From Candidatus Sulfobium mesophilum (lineage in GTDB: Bacteria; Nitrospirota; Thermodesulfovibrionia; Thermodesulfovibrionales; UBA6898): 39,747 nt of DNA. This document shows, in pieces, positions 1 to 8,543 of the stretch (position 1 is its first letter; the number at the start of each line of letters is the position of its first letter). The position numbers and the translations under genes were made by a program. Below the pieces are notes generated by a model. The model did not search any database, was not told where the DNA came from, and saw only the letters and a list, made by a program, of their open reading frames with translations. The stretch is from contig JBAIXS010000353.1 in NCBI GenBank assembly GCA_037916395.1, positions 1 to 39,747 on the forward strand, read 5' to 3'.

Positions 1-126
1 GCCTGCGGGTATCTGGACTTCGGTATTTTTTGTAGCATTCTGGGCAGGGACAAACATTTCAAAAGCAGAGTAAGAAAGGACCATAAAAAAAATTGCCGTA
101 AAGATGATGAGGATATTTTTCTTCAT
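1..126 (-). CDS. 5' part of a membrane-anchored protein, possibly endolytic transglycosylase MltG (runs off the window)
   Basis: Not in the ORF track. ATG at 126 reads MKKNILIIFTAIFFMVLSYSAFEMFVPAQNATKNTEVQIPAG, open to base 1: basic N-terminus, hydrophobic helix, then a VxIPxG motif like the MltG N-terminus. Only 42 codons visible. Confidence 0.5.
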   Translation of the reverse strand, partial: MKKNILIIFTAIFFMVLSYSAFEMFVPAQNATKNTEVQIPAG

Positions 127-190
127 ACGATTAGCATGAACAAAAGAGATGTAAAATGTAAAGAAAGAGAGGGTGCAGAAGCCCGGAAAT

Positions 191-233
191 AAAAAAACAG
201 AAGGCGGAGCATTGCGCCCCGCCTTCTGTTTTT
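191..233. terminator. Intrinsic terminator downstream of groEL, likely bidirectional
   Basis: Perfect inverted repeat AAAAACAGAAGGCGG (193-207) / CCGCCTTCTGTTTTT (219-233) with T-tracts on both strands, 16 nt past the groEL stop. Confidence 0.85.
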
Positions 234-249
234 CTTGGATATGAAATTC

Positions 250-1884
250 TTAGTACATTCCGCCCATGCCGCCGCCAGGAGGCATAGCAGGCATTTCAGG
301 TTTTTCTTCGGGAAGCTCAGTGATCATAACAGATGTCGTGAGCATCAGTGATGCCACAGAGGAAGCATTCTGAAGAGCGTATCTTGTGACCTTTGTCGGA
401 TCGATGATGCCGCTCTTAAGCATATCAACATACTCTTCGCTTGCAGCGTCGAACCCGTAGTTTACATCCTTGGAGCTCTTGACCTTCTCGACGATTACCG
501 ACGGCTCAAGACCGGTATTGTTGATAATCTGACGGATCGGCTCCTCAAGCGCTCTCTTTAAGATGTCCACGCCTACAGTCTGGTCATGATTATCAGGCTT
601 CAGGTTTTTAAGCGAGCTTAAGCACCGAAGCAGTGCGACGCCGCCGCCAGGGACAACACCCTCTTCGACAGCAGCCCTCGTTGCGTGAAGCGCGTCTTCT
701 ACTCTTGCCTTCTTCTCTTTCATCTCTGTTTCGGTTGCAGCGCCGACATTAATGACAGCCACCCCGCCGACTATCTTCGCAAGACGCTCCTGGAGTTTCT
801 CCCTGTCGTAGTCAGATGTAGTCTCGTCGATCTGGGCCTTGATCTGTTTTACCCTGCCCTGGATCTTGGCAGCGTCTCCGGCTCCCTCTACGATTGTAGT
901 GTTTTCCTTGTCGACAGTGATCTTCTTCGCCCTTCCGAGATCGTTGAGTTTTACGCTTTCTAGTTTGATGCCGAGGTCCTCCGAGATCACGGTGCCTCCG
1001 GTGAGGATCGCGATGTCTTCGAGCATCGCCTTCCTTCTGTCGCCGAAGCCCGGGGCTTTTACAGCGCATACCTGTATCGTGCCTCTGAGCTTATTGACAA
1101 CCAGGGTGGCAAGCGCCTCGCCCTCGACCTCTTCCGCAATTATCATAAGGGGCTTGCCCATCTTTGCGGTCTGTTCGAGGATCGGCAGAAGGTCCTTCAT
1201 GGAAGATATCTTCTTTTCGTTGATCAGAATAAAGGCGTCGTCGAGGTTGCACTCCATTCTGTCGGGGTCTGTGATGAAGTAGGGCGATATATACCCCCTG
1301 TCAAACTGCATACCCTCCACTACGTCGAGGGACGTCACCATGCTCTTAGCTTCTTCAACCGTGATAACACCGTCTTTGCCTACTTTATCCATGGCGTCTG
1401 CTATGAGTTCGCCGATGGCAGGGTCGTTGTTGGCAGAAATTGTGCCGACCTGCGCTATCTCCTTTTTGTCCTGTACCGGTTTGCTGATTTTTTTGAGCTC
1501 AGCCACAACAGATTCAACAGCCTTTTCGATGCCTCTCTTTATATCCATCGGGTTTGCGCCTGCCACAACATGCTTGATGCCGCCGCTGTAAATAGCGTGG
1601 GCAAGGACGGTGGCTGTCGTCGTTCCGTCTCCGGCGACGTCAGAGGTCTTGCTGGCCACTTCCCTTACCAGTTGCGCGCCCATGTTTTCATAGGGGTCTT
1701 TCAGTTCGATTTCCTTTGCGACGGTGACGCCGTCTTTAGTGATGGTCGGCGCACCGTATTTCTTGTCGATAATTACATTTTTGCCTTTCGGACCAAGGGT
1801 GGCCTTGACCGCGTTGGTGAGCATTGTGATGCCCTTTAATATCGTGGTCCTTGCCTCCTCATCAAACAGAAGCTGTTTTGCCAT
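250..1884 (-). CDS. groL: Chaperonin GroEL
   Basis: 544 aa with [18 protein letters not shown] and [12 protein letters not shown] motifs and a GGM-rich C-terminus. Confidence 0.99.
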   Translation of the reverse strand: MAKQLLFDEEARTTILKGITMLTNAVKATLGPKGKNVIIDKKYGAPTITKDGVTVAKEIELKDPYENMGAQLVREVASKTSDVAGDGTTTATVLAHAIYSGGIKHVVAGANPMDIKRGIEKAVESVVAELKKISKPVQDKKEIAQVGTISANNDPAIGELIADAMDKVGKDGVITVEEAKSMVTSLDVVEGMQFDRGYISPYFITDPDRMECNLDDAFILINEKKISSMKDLLPILEQTAKMGKPLMIIAEEVEGEALATLVVNKLRGTIQVCAVKAPGFGDRRKAMLEDIAILTGGTVISEDLGIKLESVKLNDLGRAKKITVDKENTTIVEGAGDAAKIQGRVKQIKAQIDETTSDYDREKLQERLAKIVGGVAVINVGAATETEMKEKKARVEDALHATRAAVEEGVVPGGGVALLRCLSSLKNLKPDNHDQTVGVDILKRALEEPIRQIINNTGLEPSVIVEKVKSSKDVNYGFDAASEEYVDMLKSGIIDPTKVTRYALQNASSVASLMLTTSVMITELPEEKPEMPAMPPGGGMGGMY

Positions 1885-1927
1885 AATGTTTTTCCTCCTG
1901 AATAGTTAATATATTAATTGTTGAAAC

Positions 1928-2191
1928 TTATCCCTCGACGATGCCGAGTATGTCTTCTTCTTTGATGATCAGATATTCGTTGTTGTCGATATTTACCTTC
2001 GACCCTGAATATTTGTCAAAGAGGATGGTATTGCCGACCTTAATCTCCTTCACTTCAGAGCCGACTGCCTCTACGAGTCCCTTCTGGGGTTTTTCCTTGG
2101 CTGAATCCGGAATATAGAGCCCGCCGGCTGTTTTTTCACCCTCCTCGGTGTACCTTACGAATACCCTGTCTTTGAGCGGCTTGAATTTCAT
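1928..2191 (-). CDS. groS: Co-chaperonin GroES (short, 87 aa)
   Basis: KPLKDRV, KTAGGLYIPD mobile loop, KEEDILG; immediately upstream of groL. Confidence 0.97.
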   Translation of the reverse strand: MKFKPLKDRVFVRYTEEGEKTAGGLYIPDSAKEKPQKGLVEAVGSEVKEIKVGNTILFDKYSGSKVNIDNNEYLIIKEEDILGIVEG

Positions 2192-2230
2192 AAACTCTTC
2201 TCCTTTCCTTGAATTATTGTTTTGGGATTG

Positions 2231-2257
2231 TTAGCACTCAACGTGAATGAGTGCTAA
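2231..2257. promoter_or_regulatory. CIRCE element (HrcA operator)
   Basis: Exact consensus TTAGCACTC-N9-GAGTGCTAA (TTAGCACTC aacgtgaat GAGTGCTAA), about 40 nt upstream of groS. Confidence 0.97.
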
Positions 2258-2285
2258 TATACTAAATATTTAAATGCTAAGGCAA
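2256..2285 (-). promoter_or_regulatory. Putative sigma70 promoter of groESL
   Basis: Minus strand TTGCCT-N18-TATATT, abutting and slightly overlapping the CIRCE, as expected for HrcA-repressed promoters. Confidence 0.55.
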
Positions 2286-2365
2286 GGGCTTTTTTGAGAA
2301 GAATAGTTTAGAAAAGCTGTCGGTAAACTAAAAAAACTCTCAATTTCGTCGATTTTTCGACAAAA

Positions 2366-2815
2366 TCACGAAAGGGCTTTTTTTCTGGCTGAGATAAAAC
2401 TTTCTATTTCCTCTTTATAAAAGTCTGCGACTAGTCTCACTTCCTGGGAAACTCTTTGGTCATATAATTTTTTGCCTTCTTTCAATTCAGAAGCAAAAAC
2501 AGTGTAGAAATTATTGTTTCTGACAGATTCATCAAGTTTAGCCGAGTTATATATATAGATATCGTTTATAACTGTCCTGGCAAGCCTTTTTGCTTTTTCA
2601 ACCCTCTCGTCAGGGACAGAGGGACTCCGGGCAGGCTCTTCAATGATTCCTTCCCCGAGTGTTTTCTTGTCGTCAAGGATTTTTTGGGCAGCGACAGCAT
2701 GCCTCCTAAGCATCAACACCGCGCCACATTTAGGACATTTGAACTTTGCCCCGGGTAAGAGTTTTGCCTCCCGCACCTTAAGCCTGACCTTGCATTTAGG
2801 GCATATAACTACCAC
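2366..2815 (-). CDS. Zinc-ribbon (MJ0042-type finger) protein with a helical C-terminal domain of unknown function
   Basis: CPKC-x19-CPKC at the N-terminus. Start reassigned from 2884 to GTG at 2815, which has an AGGAGG RBS and overlaps the rhomboid stop. Confidence 0.75.
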   Translation of the reverse strand: MVVICPKCKVRLKVREAKLLPGAKFKCPKCGAVLMLRRHAVAAQKILDDKKTLGEGIIEEPARSPSVPDERVEKAKRLARTVINDIYIYNSAKLDESVRNNNFYTVFASELKEGKKLYDQRVSQEVRLVADFYKEEIESFISARKKALS

Positions 2816-3479
2816 TTCCGTTCCTCCTTGGCAGCCACAGTTTGATCGTAAGAAGGCCTGCGAGAAAACCGCCGACATGCGCAAACCAGGCCGTACCTCC
2901 CTGGTGCAGGATACCCTGTGTGATCAAGCCGCTTGCGAACTGTATGATAGCCCAAAATCCTATAACTATCAAGGCTGGTATCTTTATTACCTGGACGAAG
3001 AAGCCGAAGAAGACTATCGTGTGGATCCTGGCTGTCGGAAAAAGCAGCAGATATGCTCCAAGCACGCCGGAAATAGCGCCGCTTGCGCCTATCATCGGCA
3101 CTGCGGAGTTTGGAGATGACAGGGCATGGGCATAGGCTGCGAATACGCCGCAGAAGAGATAGAAAATAATGAACCTCACATGTCCGAGCCTGTCTTCGAT
3201 ATTATTGCCAAATATCCAGAGATAGATCATGTTGCCTGCTATATGCAACAGCCCGCCATGCATGAACATCGAGGTAAACAGTGTGAGCACAACCGGTATC
3301 GGCTGGTCCGAATGAAAACTCAGCAGGTTCTTCGGTATTGCGCCATAGGCATAGACCAGATACTGACTGTCTCTGGGAGACAGCAGTTCAAGGATAAAGG
3401 CCGATATGTTTAAGGCTAAAATTGCCAGGGTCACAAATGGAAGGGACTTCGTTGGATTGTCGTCCTTAAACGGGATCAA
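2796..3479 (-). CDS. Rhomboid-family intramembrane serine protease
   Basis: HGGLLHIAGNM, GASG (catalytic Ser), AHVGG (catalytic His), multiple TM helices; TTG start with AAGGAG RBS. Confidence 0.93.
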   Translation of the reverse strand: MIPFKDDNPTKSLPFVTLAILALNISAFILELLSPRDSQYLVYAYGAIPKNLLSFHSDQPIPVVLTLFTSMFMHGGLLHIAGNMIYLWIFGNNIEDRLGHVRFIIFYLFCGVFAAYAHALSSPNSAVPMIGASGAISGVLGAYLLLFPTARIHTIVFFGFFVQVIKIPALIVIGFWAIIQFASGLITQGILHQGGTAWFAHVGGFLAGLLTIKLWLPRRNGSGSYMP

Positions 3480-3541
3480 AGCCGCTCCTTGAGATCAAAT
3501 TACCTCTTTCATCACAAGTGACATCCATAACGACATATAGT

Positions 3542-4099
3542 TTATCCGACTTTTTTCTTAATATCATTTAGAGAGGCCCTCAGACTGTCTCTAAGCACTG
3601 ATATTACGTCGGGCGCATTAATAGGAATATTTTCAAGATCAGCCCTTATCTCCCGGGTATCGAATGAAAAAGGGGGCTCGGCTTTCTCATAATCATAGGT
3701 AAAGGCCAAGTCTATCCCCGGGTTGCCCGCTATCAATACAGCCAGTGTTTCCGCGATATCGCCAATGGGCTTCATGTCTACGTGCATCGGCCTGAATTGG
3801 GCAGATACAATAGTGCCCGCTCCTGCCGCAGAGTTTATTGTGATATCGCCGCCGGTTTCCCTTGCCGACTGGGCAAGCAGCGAAAGACCGAGACCTACTT
3901 TTCTTGTTGTGCGGGACGTAAAGAAAGGGTCGAGCGCCTTTTCAACCAGGTCCTGCGCCATACCCTTCCCGTTGTCTGTTATCTCCACGATCAAACTGTT
4001 TTCATCCCTGCGATAAATCAGCTTTATCACAACGAGTGTCGCGCCGGCCGTGATAGAATTTTCAGCGATATCGAGTATATGCAGGGAGATATCTTCCAT
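3542..4099 (-). CDS. Stand-alone histidine-kinase-like ATPase (HATPase_c), of the type found in bifurcating hydrogenase operons
   Basis: N-box (DIAENS), G1 (DNGKG), F (DPFFT) and G2 (GLGL) boxes; no DHp or sensor domain. Confidence 0.85.
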   Translation of the reverse strand: MEDISLHILDIAENSITAGATLVVIKLIYRRDENSLIVEITDNGKGMAQDLVEKALDPFFTSRTTRKVGLGLSLLAQSARETGGDITINSAAGAGTIVSAQFRPMHVDMKPIGDIAETLAVLIAGNPGIDLAFTYDYEKAEPPFSFDTREIRADLENIPINAPDVISVLRDSLRASLNDIKKKVG

Positions 4100-4105
4100 G
4101 GCGCT

Positions 4106-4846
4106 TCAAAAAGCGACCTTTCTTCCGCCCTCGCCTCTAAATGCAAGGCGTAGTTCATCGAAGGTGGAATGGTTCATGAAGAGGCTTGTTGTCCTCCGGC
4201 CGATGTCCTCAATGCTATGCGCGTCCGAAGAGGAAATCCAGGGCAGATAGCGGTAAGCTCCGAATTTGATCCGCGCTTCTTCCGGGCTCGTCATCGACGA
4301 TACCTCAAGCGCGTCTAATTCAAGTTCCTTCGGAATAAATCCCAGACGGCCAATGATCCCGTATCCTTCACGGTCGATATGGCTTGCAACGGCGATGCCG
4401 TTAAACTCATGGATAAAATCGACTACCCCGTTTACGGATATATTCGTCGCCCCTATCAGGAGTCTTTTGTTGAACTCCAGAACCTCGTTGACCTCATTTA
4501 CCACCACCTGCATTCCGAAGGCGTCCTCATCGTTTTCACCCGGCTGCAAATTATCATAAATAACACTCTGCATTTTGAATGCGTCATCGAGCTCGCTGAA
4601 GAGGCCAAGGAGATGGACCTCCTCAGAGGAGTTTATCTCGATTCCGGCGACCACATATATGCCCTTCTTCCGGCCAAGCTCTCTGGTGACGGATACGTTT
4701 TCGGCTGAATTGTGGTCGCAGACAGCAATGATGTTTATTCCCAGTGAAGCGGCTTTTTCGACTATGTCCCGGGGCGTCATTGAAAGGTCCGCACAAGGAG
4801 AAAGGCAGGTATGTATGTGCAGGTCCGCGACGAATTCTACCGGCAT
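4106..4846 (-). CDS. PHP-domain metallophosphoesterase
   Basis: DLHIH, CDHN, GIE, HLL, SHID and SSDAH motifs of the PHP family. Confidence 0.9.
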   Translation of the reverse strand: MPVEFVADLHIHTCLSPCADLSMTPRDIVEKAASLGINIIAVCDHNSAENVSVTRELGRKKGIYVVAGIEINSSEEVHLLGLFSELDDAFKMQSVIYDNLQPGENDEDAFGMQVVVNEVNEVLEFNKRLLIGATNISVNGVVDFIHEFNGIAVASHIDREGYGIIGRLGFIPKELELDALEVSSMTSPEEARIKFGAYRYLPWISSSDAHSIEDIGRRTTSLFMNHSTFDELRLAFRGEGGRKVAF

Positions 4847-5178
4847 CTCAAGCCGAGCGCATAAAGCTTTCCAACCAGATCGAATGCCGTAAGGGAAGTC
4901 GTCATGATCGGGACGTTCTCAGCCGACGCCTTCTTAATCGTTTCTTCAGCAGGTATCCTCCCATTGACCAGGATGATGCCGCTGATGCCCTTCAGAGATG
5001 CCACTGCGACGATATTGAGATGGGATTGGAAGGTCACCCAAACAGAGCCCTCCCTAGCGTTGGCGATGACATCAGAGAGCATGTCACTGACGTAGCCGCT
5101 CGTAACCTCCCTAGTGAGATCAGTTTCTGCCGTCTTTAATTCAAGGGACATCTGTTCTATGAGATCAGAGAGTTTCAT
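4837..5178 (-). CDS. DRTGG-domain (HPr-kinase N-terminal-like) protein
   Basis: 113 aa, YVSDMLSDVIA...WVT...HLNIVAVA...IILVNG pattern; paralog of 5692-6048. Confidence 0.8.
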   Translation of the reverse strand: MKLSDLIEQMSLELKTAETDLTREVTSGYVSDMLSDVIANAREGSVWVTFQSHLNIVAVASLKGISGIILVNGRIPAEETIKKASAENVPIMTTSLTAFDLVGKLYALGLRCR

Positions 5179-5248
5179 AAATACCTCGCGGTTATTATTA
5201 AAGCCCTGTTTTTATTAACACGATCGGTTCCCATACAGCCCTTCTCAT

Positions 5249-5695
5249 TCAGGATGTCTGAGGAGGCGGCCCCTCAAGATAAATCACAAACTCAAGAGTC
5301 GTCCCCTCGCCGACTACTGAATTTACCGTCAGTTTGTCCGTATTTTTTTTTATGTTCGGCAGACCCATGCCCGAGCCAAACCCCATCTCCCTTATATAGT
5401 CGGGAGCCGTTGAGTATCCCTCCTTCATGGCAAGATCGATGTCAGGTATGCCCGGGCCCATGTCCTGCAGAGTCACCTTCACGGCCTCCGGCGTTATTGA
5501 ATAACTTAACATCCCGGCCACTGCATATATGATAGCATTCATCTCAGCCTCAAAAGCCGCAATGGAGGCCCTGCGGACGATGTCTGCAGGTATCCCCATA
5601 TTCTCAAGTATGCTCTTCAGATTGCTCGATGCAGAACCGGCGTTGGTGAAATCCTTTCCAGTAAGGAAAAAGACCCCATCGCTGCTGCCGGTCAT
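5249..5695 (-). CDS. RsbT/RsbW-like anti-sigma-type Ser/Thr protein kinase (HATPase_c_2)
   Basis: EAEMN, DMGPGIPDI, GYST, GMGLPNIK and NSVVGEGT closely parallel the RsbT motif pattern. Confidence 0.85.
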   Translation of the reverse strand: MTGSSDGVFFLTGKDFTNAGSASSNLKSILENMGIPADIVRRASIAAFEAEMNAIIYAVAGMLSYSITPEAVKVTLQDMGPGIPDIDLAMKEGYSTAPDYIREMGFGSGMGLPNIKKNTDKLTVNSVVGEGTTLEFVIYLEGPPPQTS

Positions 5696-6048
5696 GGCGT
5701 GTCTCCTGTCGCACTCCTCAGACCGTTTTCATACAGCCTGCCGCATGTCTCAAACATCGATAAATTCGTTACGAGCAGGGGAATATTTTTACTGTTCGCA
5801 GTCTCTATCGTATCGAGATCGGGTCTTTTACCCTGAACGAATACAATAGCTTTAATGTCTGCCACGTCGGCCGTTCTCACCACCTGAACGTTTGTCAGTC
5901 CTGTGATAAGCAGAGACTGAGTTACAGAGAAGGCGAGCACGTCGCTCATGAGGTCTGCGCAATATGCCCGCCCGATTTCCCTGTCCATGTCGGTTCTTTG
6001 GGTAATGACGATTGCCCCAAGTATGCCCCTGATTTCGCCTAAAGTCAT
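5692..6048 (-). CDS. DRTGG-domain protein
   Basis: CADLMSDVLA...LLITGLTNVQVVRTA...IVFVQGK; ATGA overlap with the downstream kinase gene. Confidence 0.82.
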   Translation of the reverse strand: MTLGEIRGILGAIVITQRTDMDREIGRAYCADLMSDVLAFSVTQSLLITGLTNVQVVRTADVADIKAIVFVQGKRPDLDTIETANSKNIPLLVTNLSMFETCGRLYENGLRSATGDTP

Positions 6049-6074
6049 GTTATTCTCAATTATCAGCCAGAGTG

Positions 6075-8543
6075 TCAGCCCTTCGCGGGCTCGAGTTTAA
6101 CGGCATCCCTGAAGGGCGCCCCATCTTCAGCAGGATAGGTCAGGGCATTTACCCTGCCGTGAGGAAAATGCATGGATGTAAAGACGGAACCCCCTGGAAC
6201 CGTATCTGTAATCCTGACCTTAAGATATACGGCCCCACGCCTCGAAGATACCTTCACGTGGCTGTTATCAGTTAAACCATACTTGCCGGCCTCTTCTTCA
6301 TTGATCTCAAGGAATGCCTCGGAAACAACGAGATCAAGCGCCTTTGATCTTGTCGACATAGTGCCGGAATGCTGAAGCACATCCCTTGTCACAAGATGAA
6401 GCGGATATTCATCATCTGTGTCTTCCCCCGGGGCATAGGACACCGGCTGAAAGGTCTTTTTGCCGGCTGCTTCCGCTTGCTCCAGCGACTCATTATCTAT
6501 TCCGGCAGATACGTCATCGACGCTCCTGAACACTATTTCCTTGCCCATAGAAAGGGAGAGGTTGCGGAGTATCTGCCAGTCGGGCATTGACTGTCCCGAC
6601 GGTGAGACAATTTTTTGCAATTTCTGAGTTATCCCTTCGGCGTTGGTAAAGGTGCCTTCCTTTTCCGCCCAGCTTGATGCCGGAAGAACTACGTGGGCGA
6701 GCTTGGCAGTCTCAGTCATGGCAATATCCTGAACGACGACGAATTCAAGCGAATTCAAGGTGCCTATTATCTTCGAACTGTTGGGGAATGCAGAGACAGG
6801 GTCTTCGCCCATTATATAAAGAGCGCGCAGTGAACCAGGCTCGTAGAGCATATCGAAAATGTTCTTTCCCGCGGCAGTCCCTCCGCCAGGCCTTATCTTC
6901 ATTTTGAAAAGACCATAGGTATTTGCATATTCTGCAGGTATCTGAAGCGCATCCGTTTCTTCGCCGAGAAGGATGACCAGGTTCGCCGCTGCGGCAACTG
7001 TGTCGGCCCCCTTTGTGTTTTCCGTAAGACCGATGGTAAAGCAGATCATCCTGCTTTTAGCAGCTGCAAGCCTTTCAGCTGATGACACGAGTTCTTCCTG
7101 CGGGATGCCAGTGATTTTTGAGACGTTTTCCGGAGTATAGTCTGCAAGAACATTTTCAAGCTCGGAGAATCCCGGCATCTTTGATACGACCGCCCTGTCG
7201 AAGAGTTCCCTGTCAATGATTATCTTCATGAGGCCGTTCAGCAGGGCCACCGAGGTGCCCTGCGCCATCTTAAGATGAGAGGAACTGTGCCTGGTGAGCT
7301 TTGTCTCCCTGGAATCGGCCACCATAAGATAAGAACCTTCCCTTTTAGCCTGCAGGATGTTCAGCCCGTATACCGGATGAGTGACGCTGATATCGGACTC
7401 GATTATGAAGATCACCTCTTTGCCAAGCGGCGCCTTCATGCTGATAGGGTGTGCCTTCGCTCCCAGTGCGTTGTCGAGCACAGCCTGGACCCTCCCGTAT
7501 CCGAAGGCCGCCGAGGAGTCCATGTTGCCTGAGCCTACAACGCTCAGCATAAATTTCCTCAGCATAAAGTTGTCTTCGTTTGTGCAGCGGTGGGAGCCGA
7601 GCGCCCCGACGGAATTGCCGCCATAGGTTTTGATTATATGTGACAGGTTTTCGCTGACATATTTCAGGGCCTCATCCCAGGAAACGGAAACGAGCAGACC
7701 CTCCTTGCGGATCATCGGGGTCTTAATGCGGTTTTCGCTGTATATATAATCGAAGCCGAACCTGCCCCTGCCGCAGAGGTTCCCCTCGCTGCGCCCGGCG
7801 TCCTCTTTCGCCCGGGACCTGAGGATCTTACCTTCTCTTAGGCCAAGCGTCAGAGTGCAACCGCAGCCGCAAAAAGAACATACGGTGTCCTTTTCTTCAA
7901 GAAACCATGCACGGGCAAGGAATTTGACAGGTTTCGACAGAAGCGCCCCGGTAGGGCAGATATCTATACACTGGCCGCAGTAGTCGCATTCGAGTATCTC
8001 TCCGAAGGCAGGCTTTACGACCGTTGAAAACCCTCTTCCGATCAGGCCCAATGCTCCGCGGCCCTGGTGTTCAGAACAGATCCTAACACACTTGCCGCAG
8101 AGTATGCACCTGTTTGCGGTCAGTTCCACAAGAGGACCTCTTACGTCCGGAGGGGCAGCCTTGCGGTGACGTATGAAACGGCCTTCGGGCTTGCCGTACT
8201 CGTACGCTACATCCTGCAAGTCGCACTCCCCGGCCTTGTCGCAGATAGGACAGTCAAGCGGGTGATGGATGAGGAGAAGCTCAAGAACTGTCTGCCGCGC
8301 TTTTCGTAGTTTCGGCGTATCGGTTTTTATTACCATGCCCGGCGCCACAGGAGTAGAGCATGCGGCGAAAAGCCTCGGCTGTCCCTCTGCTTCAACAACG
8401 CAAAGCCTGCAGCCGCCGTATGGCCTTAGTCTCTTGTCGTAGCACATGTTGGGTATCCTTATGCCGTTTTGCTGCGCGGCCTTGAGGATTGTCGTGCCGT
8501 CTTCGACCGACATCTTCTTATCGTTTATCGTCAGTTCTATCAT
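6075..8543 (-). CDS. NuoG/FdhA-like multi-Fe-S subunit (second copy), molybdopterin-oxidoreductase fold without the Mo/W ligand
   Basis: [2Fe-2S] (C..GGCRLC..AC), HxxxCxxCxxxxxC, two CxxCxxCxxxC motifs and CSFCGCGC..C. At the Fdh ARx(C/U)H site it reads DSSAAFGY. No H-cluster motifs. Confidence 0.9.
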   Translation of the reverse strand: MIELTINDKKMSVEDGTTILKAAQQNGIRIPNMCYDKRLRPYGGCRLCVVEAEGQPRLFAACSTPVAPGMVIKTDTPKLRKARQTVLELLLIHHPLDCPICDKAGECDLQDVAYEYGKPEGRFIRHRKAAPPDVRGPLVELTANRCILCGKCVRICSEHQGRGALGLIGRGFSTVVKPAFGEILECDYCGQCIDICPTGALLSKPVKFLARAWFLEEKDTVCSFCGCGCTLTLGLREGKILRSRAKEDAGRSEGNLCGRGRFGFDYIYSENRIKTPMIRKEGLLVSVSWDEALKYVSENLSHIIKTYGGNSVGALGSHRCTNEDNFMLRKFMLSVVGSGNMDSSAAFGYGRVQAVLDNALGAKAHPISMKAPLGKEVIFIIESDISVTHPVYGLNILQAKREGSYLMVADSRETKLTRHSSSHLKMAQGTSVALLNGLMKIIIDRELFDRAVVSKMPGFSELENVLADYTPENVSKITGIPQEELVSSAERLAAAKSRMICFTIGLTENTKGADTVAAAANLVILLGEETDALQIPAEYANTYGLFKMKIRPGGGTAAGKNIFDMLYEPGSLRALYIMGEDPVSAFPNSSKIIGTLNSLEFVVVQDIAMTETAKLAHVVLPASSWAEKEGTFTNAEGITQKLQKIVSPSGQSMPDWQILRNLSLSMGKEIVFRSVDDVSAGIDNESLEQAEAAGKKTFQPVSYAPGEDTDDEYPLHLVTRDVLQHSGTMSTRSKALDLVVSEAFLEINEEEAGKYGLTDNSHVKVSSRRGAVYLKVRITDTVPGGSVFTSMHFPHGRVNALTYPAEDGAPFRDAVKLEPAKG

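Noticed and set aside
2344-2365. Short palindrome GTCGA-TTTT-TCGAC downstream of the zinc-ribbon gene
   Set aside because: Weak 5-bp core stem with the U-tract offset; not enough to call a terminator or operator.
6075-8543. Formate dehydrogenase alpha subunit, selenoprotein, or [FeFe]-hydrogenase
   Set aside because: No Cys/Sec-His at the Mo/W ligand site, no in-frame TGA, and no H-cluster motifs (TSCCP, MPC..K, ExMxCxxGC).
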